This document shows, one piece after another, positions 62,279 to 64,000 of a DNA stretch of 64,000 bases. Positions within the stretch are counted from its first letter, which is position 1. The number at the start of each line of letters is the position of its first letter. The position numbers and the translations under genes are program-made. Below the pieces are notes generated by a model. It was given only the letters and a program-made list of their open reading frames with translations. It had not been told where the DNA came from and made no database searches. The stretch comes from Sarea resinae (lineage: Eukaryota), in assembly GCA_026026165.1 (NCBI GenBank), contig JAPEUD010000012.1, positions 372,001-436,000 of the forward strand, given 5' to 3'.

Positions 62279-63494
62279 TTTCTTTAGTCGGTGGATGGTG
62301 GTGGTGGTGGTGGTGGTGGTGTACGATTGTTGGAAACGGCGTCTCCACATGCGTGTGAGAGCTAGGTGTCCGGCAGCTAGATGACGACTGTTATTCTGGC
62401 TAGATAAGGTTCCTGTCAGCTTGAGAAGCAAACCAGAGTATTCGTGGATATATTGATTTATTGATCAACAGCCACTGCATCCAGGTCAGCATGGGATAGT
62501 CAGCGCGGAAAGACTGAGCACCGAATGAGCGAGGGCCGAGCGATGTTCGAGTGCGTGGGGTATATATTGCCTTTGTACGGTATGATGTAGGCAACATAGC
62601 CTAGGGCTGATGATTCGATGATGCAACTCTTGCCGTGGGGGACGAGACACGTTCCGGGTTCCCTTCCAGGCACCCATCAATACAATCACGCCTCCACGCC
62701 TCCACGCCTCCACGCCAGGCGCCAGGAGCCAGGAGCCAAGAGTCAGAACAAAGCACACCTACGACGGAGCAATTTAGGCACGTCATGACTGTCACGTATT
62801 CGGCTACGGTACAACAGAGCTCATGATAAAGTCGACTTTTGTTTTCTGGGGGTATCTAGAAGCCATCTCAACTCTACATTGACGACAAAGTCTCCAGTAG
62901 AAAGAATCCAGCCGCGTTCAACCTTGAGAGCCCCTCATAATCGCGCTGCGGAGATCCATAATGCCCCTCAAGATTGGTGAAATTCCTTTTGCTCCCTTGA
63001 GAACACGCTGGGTTCGTTGTCGTCGTCGTCATCGTCGTTGTCAAAGTGTCTATGTCAAAAGTCATGACCATCTCTATGCTCATCAAATATTGCGGCCTTG
63101 TCCGCAAATAAGCTATACACCGTTGCGCCGTTTCTTCATTCGACGTGATTATCACGCCTACCTTCCCAGCTATCTTGGTCTGCCAATCAATTCAGCATCG
63201 ACTCTGGTCCTGTCCATGTAGCGTCATCCTTGTAGAGCATAGTAAAGCCCAGATTTGTCGTTATCGCTCGAAATGACCATCGTAACAACAGCTTGCCACC
63301 TGAGATACACTTACTCGATCTCATCGAAGCATGGAGCTCCCGACACGAAGTGATGATATCAAAGAGCCTCCCTATGCAAACGTAGCCACCTTGTTGGCCA
63401 ATCTCAAACGATGGCGTACCATTCGATCAAACGCCTGACAGCCTTCCAGAACCTGACCAGTACGGAGCCCACGCCACGAGAACATGGCACGCTT

Positions 63495-64000
63495 TCATAA
63501 GATTGTACATTTCTTTGGCATCTTCTCCTTGTGTCGATAGTGTCTGTGCTCTCGGTCACGATCTCTGTCACCGGGTCCACTGGCTTTCCCCGGGTCGGAC
63601 CCATGTCGTTCTTCTGCTCTTTGTCGTTGCCGGCGAAGCTGCCTGACCACCTCGTAGAACGCCTGTTCCACATTCACACAATTCTTCGCCGATGCTTCCA
63701 CGAAGTCACATCCAAGCCTTCTTGCCTCGCTCTGGCCTTCCTGGGTCGAAACTTCTCGTTCGGTGATTCTGTCATTCTTGTTTCCAACAAGCATGATTGG
63801 TACTGACGAGCCTTCCAACGATCCTCCCGTCGACCCAGAGGTCAAAGGTGACCCTGGATACGCACTGCTCATTGGCGAGCCTAAGTATCGACTCGAGGTC
63901 GGTGAAGCCATGTTTGACGCCTCCTTCACCCTTTGAATGTGGTTGTAGAACTTTTCTATCCGGGAGAATGACGACCGAGAAGATATGCTGTACACCAGAA
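63495..64000 (-). CDS. RAS2: Ras GTPase, RasB/Ras2 type, 5'-truncated
   Basis: LVYSISSRSSF, MLVGNKND, FVEASAK, a Ser/Pro-rich insertion typical of filamentous-fungal Ras2, and a basic tail with CaaX KKCTIL. Confidence 0.93.
   Translation of the reverse strand, partial: LVYSISSRSSFSRIEKFYNHIQRVKEASNMASPTSSRYLGSPMSSAYPGSPLTSGSTGGSLEGSSVPIMLVGNKNDRITEREVSTQEGQSEARRLGCDFVEASAKNCVNVEQAFYEVVRQLRRQRQRAEERHGSDPGKASGPGDRDRDREHRHYRHKEKMPKKCTIL

Noticed and set aside
59372..62350. HAD dehalogenase plus GST as a detoxification cluster (with OXP1 in the glutathione cycle)
   Set aside because: Convergent orientation, common gene families, no adjacent regulator or transporter, and OXP1 is ~58 kb away.
1..64000. 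tRNA, 5S rRNA, snoRNA, TPP riboswitch, CRISPR array and TGA-CTA readthrough/cryptic PTS1 signals
   Set aside because: GGTTCRA hits (e.g. 22489, 37404, 57576) lack cloverleaf context. No well-spaced C/D box pair was found in the longer introns I read, and none of the stop codons checked has the readthrough context. An Infernal/Rfam scan could still find what I missed by eye.

Overview
Genomic DNA of a filamentous ascomycete (Pezizomycotina-type). This is inferred from short GT-AG introns with CTRAY branch points and typical fungal gene families. I can support about 21 protein genes, in order: 5-oxoprolinase (5'-truncated), a PXA/PX/nexin-C protein, a RING-ankyrin protein, a hotdog thioesterase, RPL19, a conserved hypothetical protein, mitochondrial SHMT, a protein with an F-box-like LPxELR motif, a 98-aa secreted Kex2-site repeat peptide, a small conserved hypothetical protein, a patatin lacking its catalytic Ser, a NIPA Mg transporter, an amino acid permease, a small SET protein, a CCG-6-like GPI protein, a CinA/PncC-like protein, a Num1/Mcp5-PH protein, a type II HAD, a glutathionyl-hydroquinone-reductase-type GST and RasB/Ras2 (5'-truncated). 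I found no tRNA, rRNA, CRISPR array, autonomous transposon or secondary-metabolite cluster. The most notable observations are the isolated Pro/Phe/Gly repeat peptide precursor, a recurrent intergenic TAC-R-S-A-GTA motif, two probable pseudoenzymes (patatin, CinA), GC-rich gene 3' ends next to microsatellite-rich convergent spacers, a MITE-like hairpin, and several cryptic splice or alternative-start structures. Exon coordinates were derived by hand; family calls come from motif recognition, not database searches.
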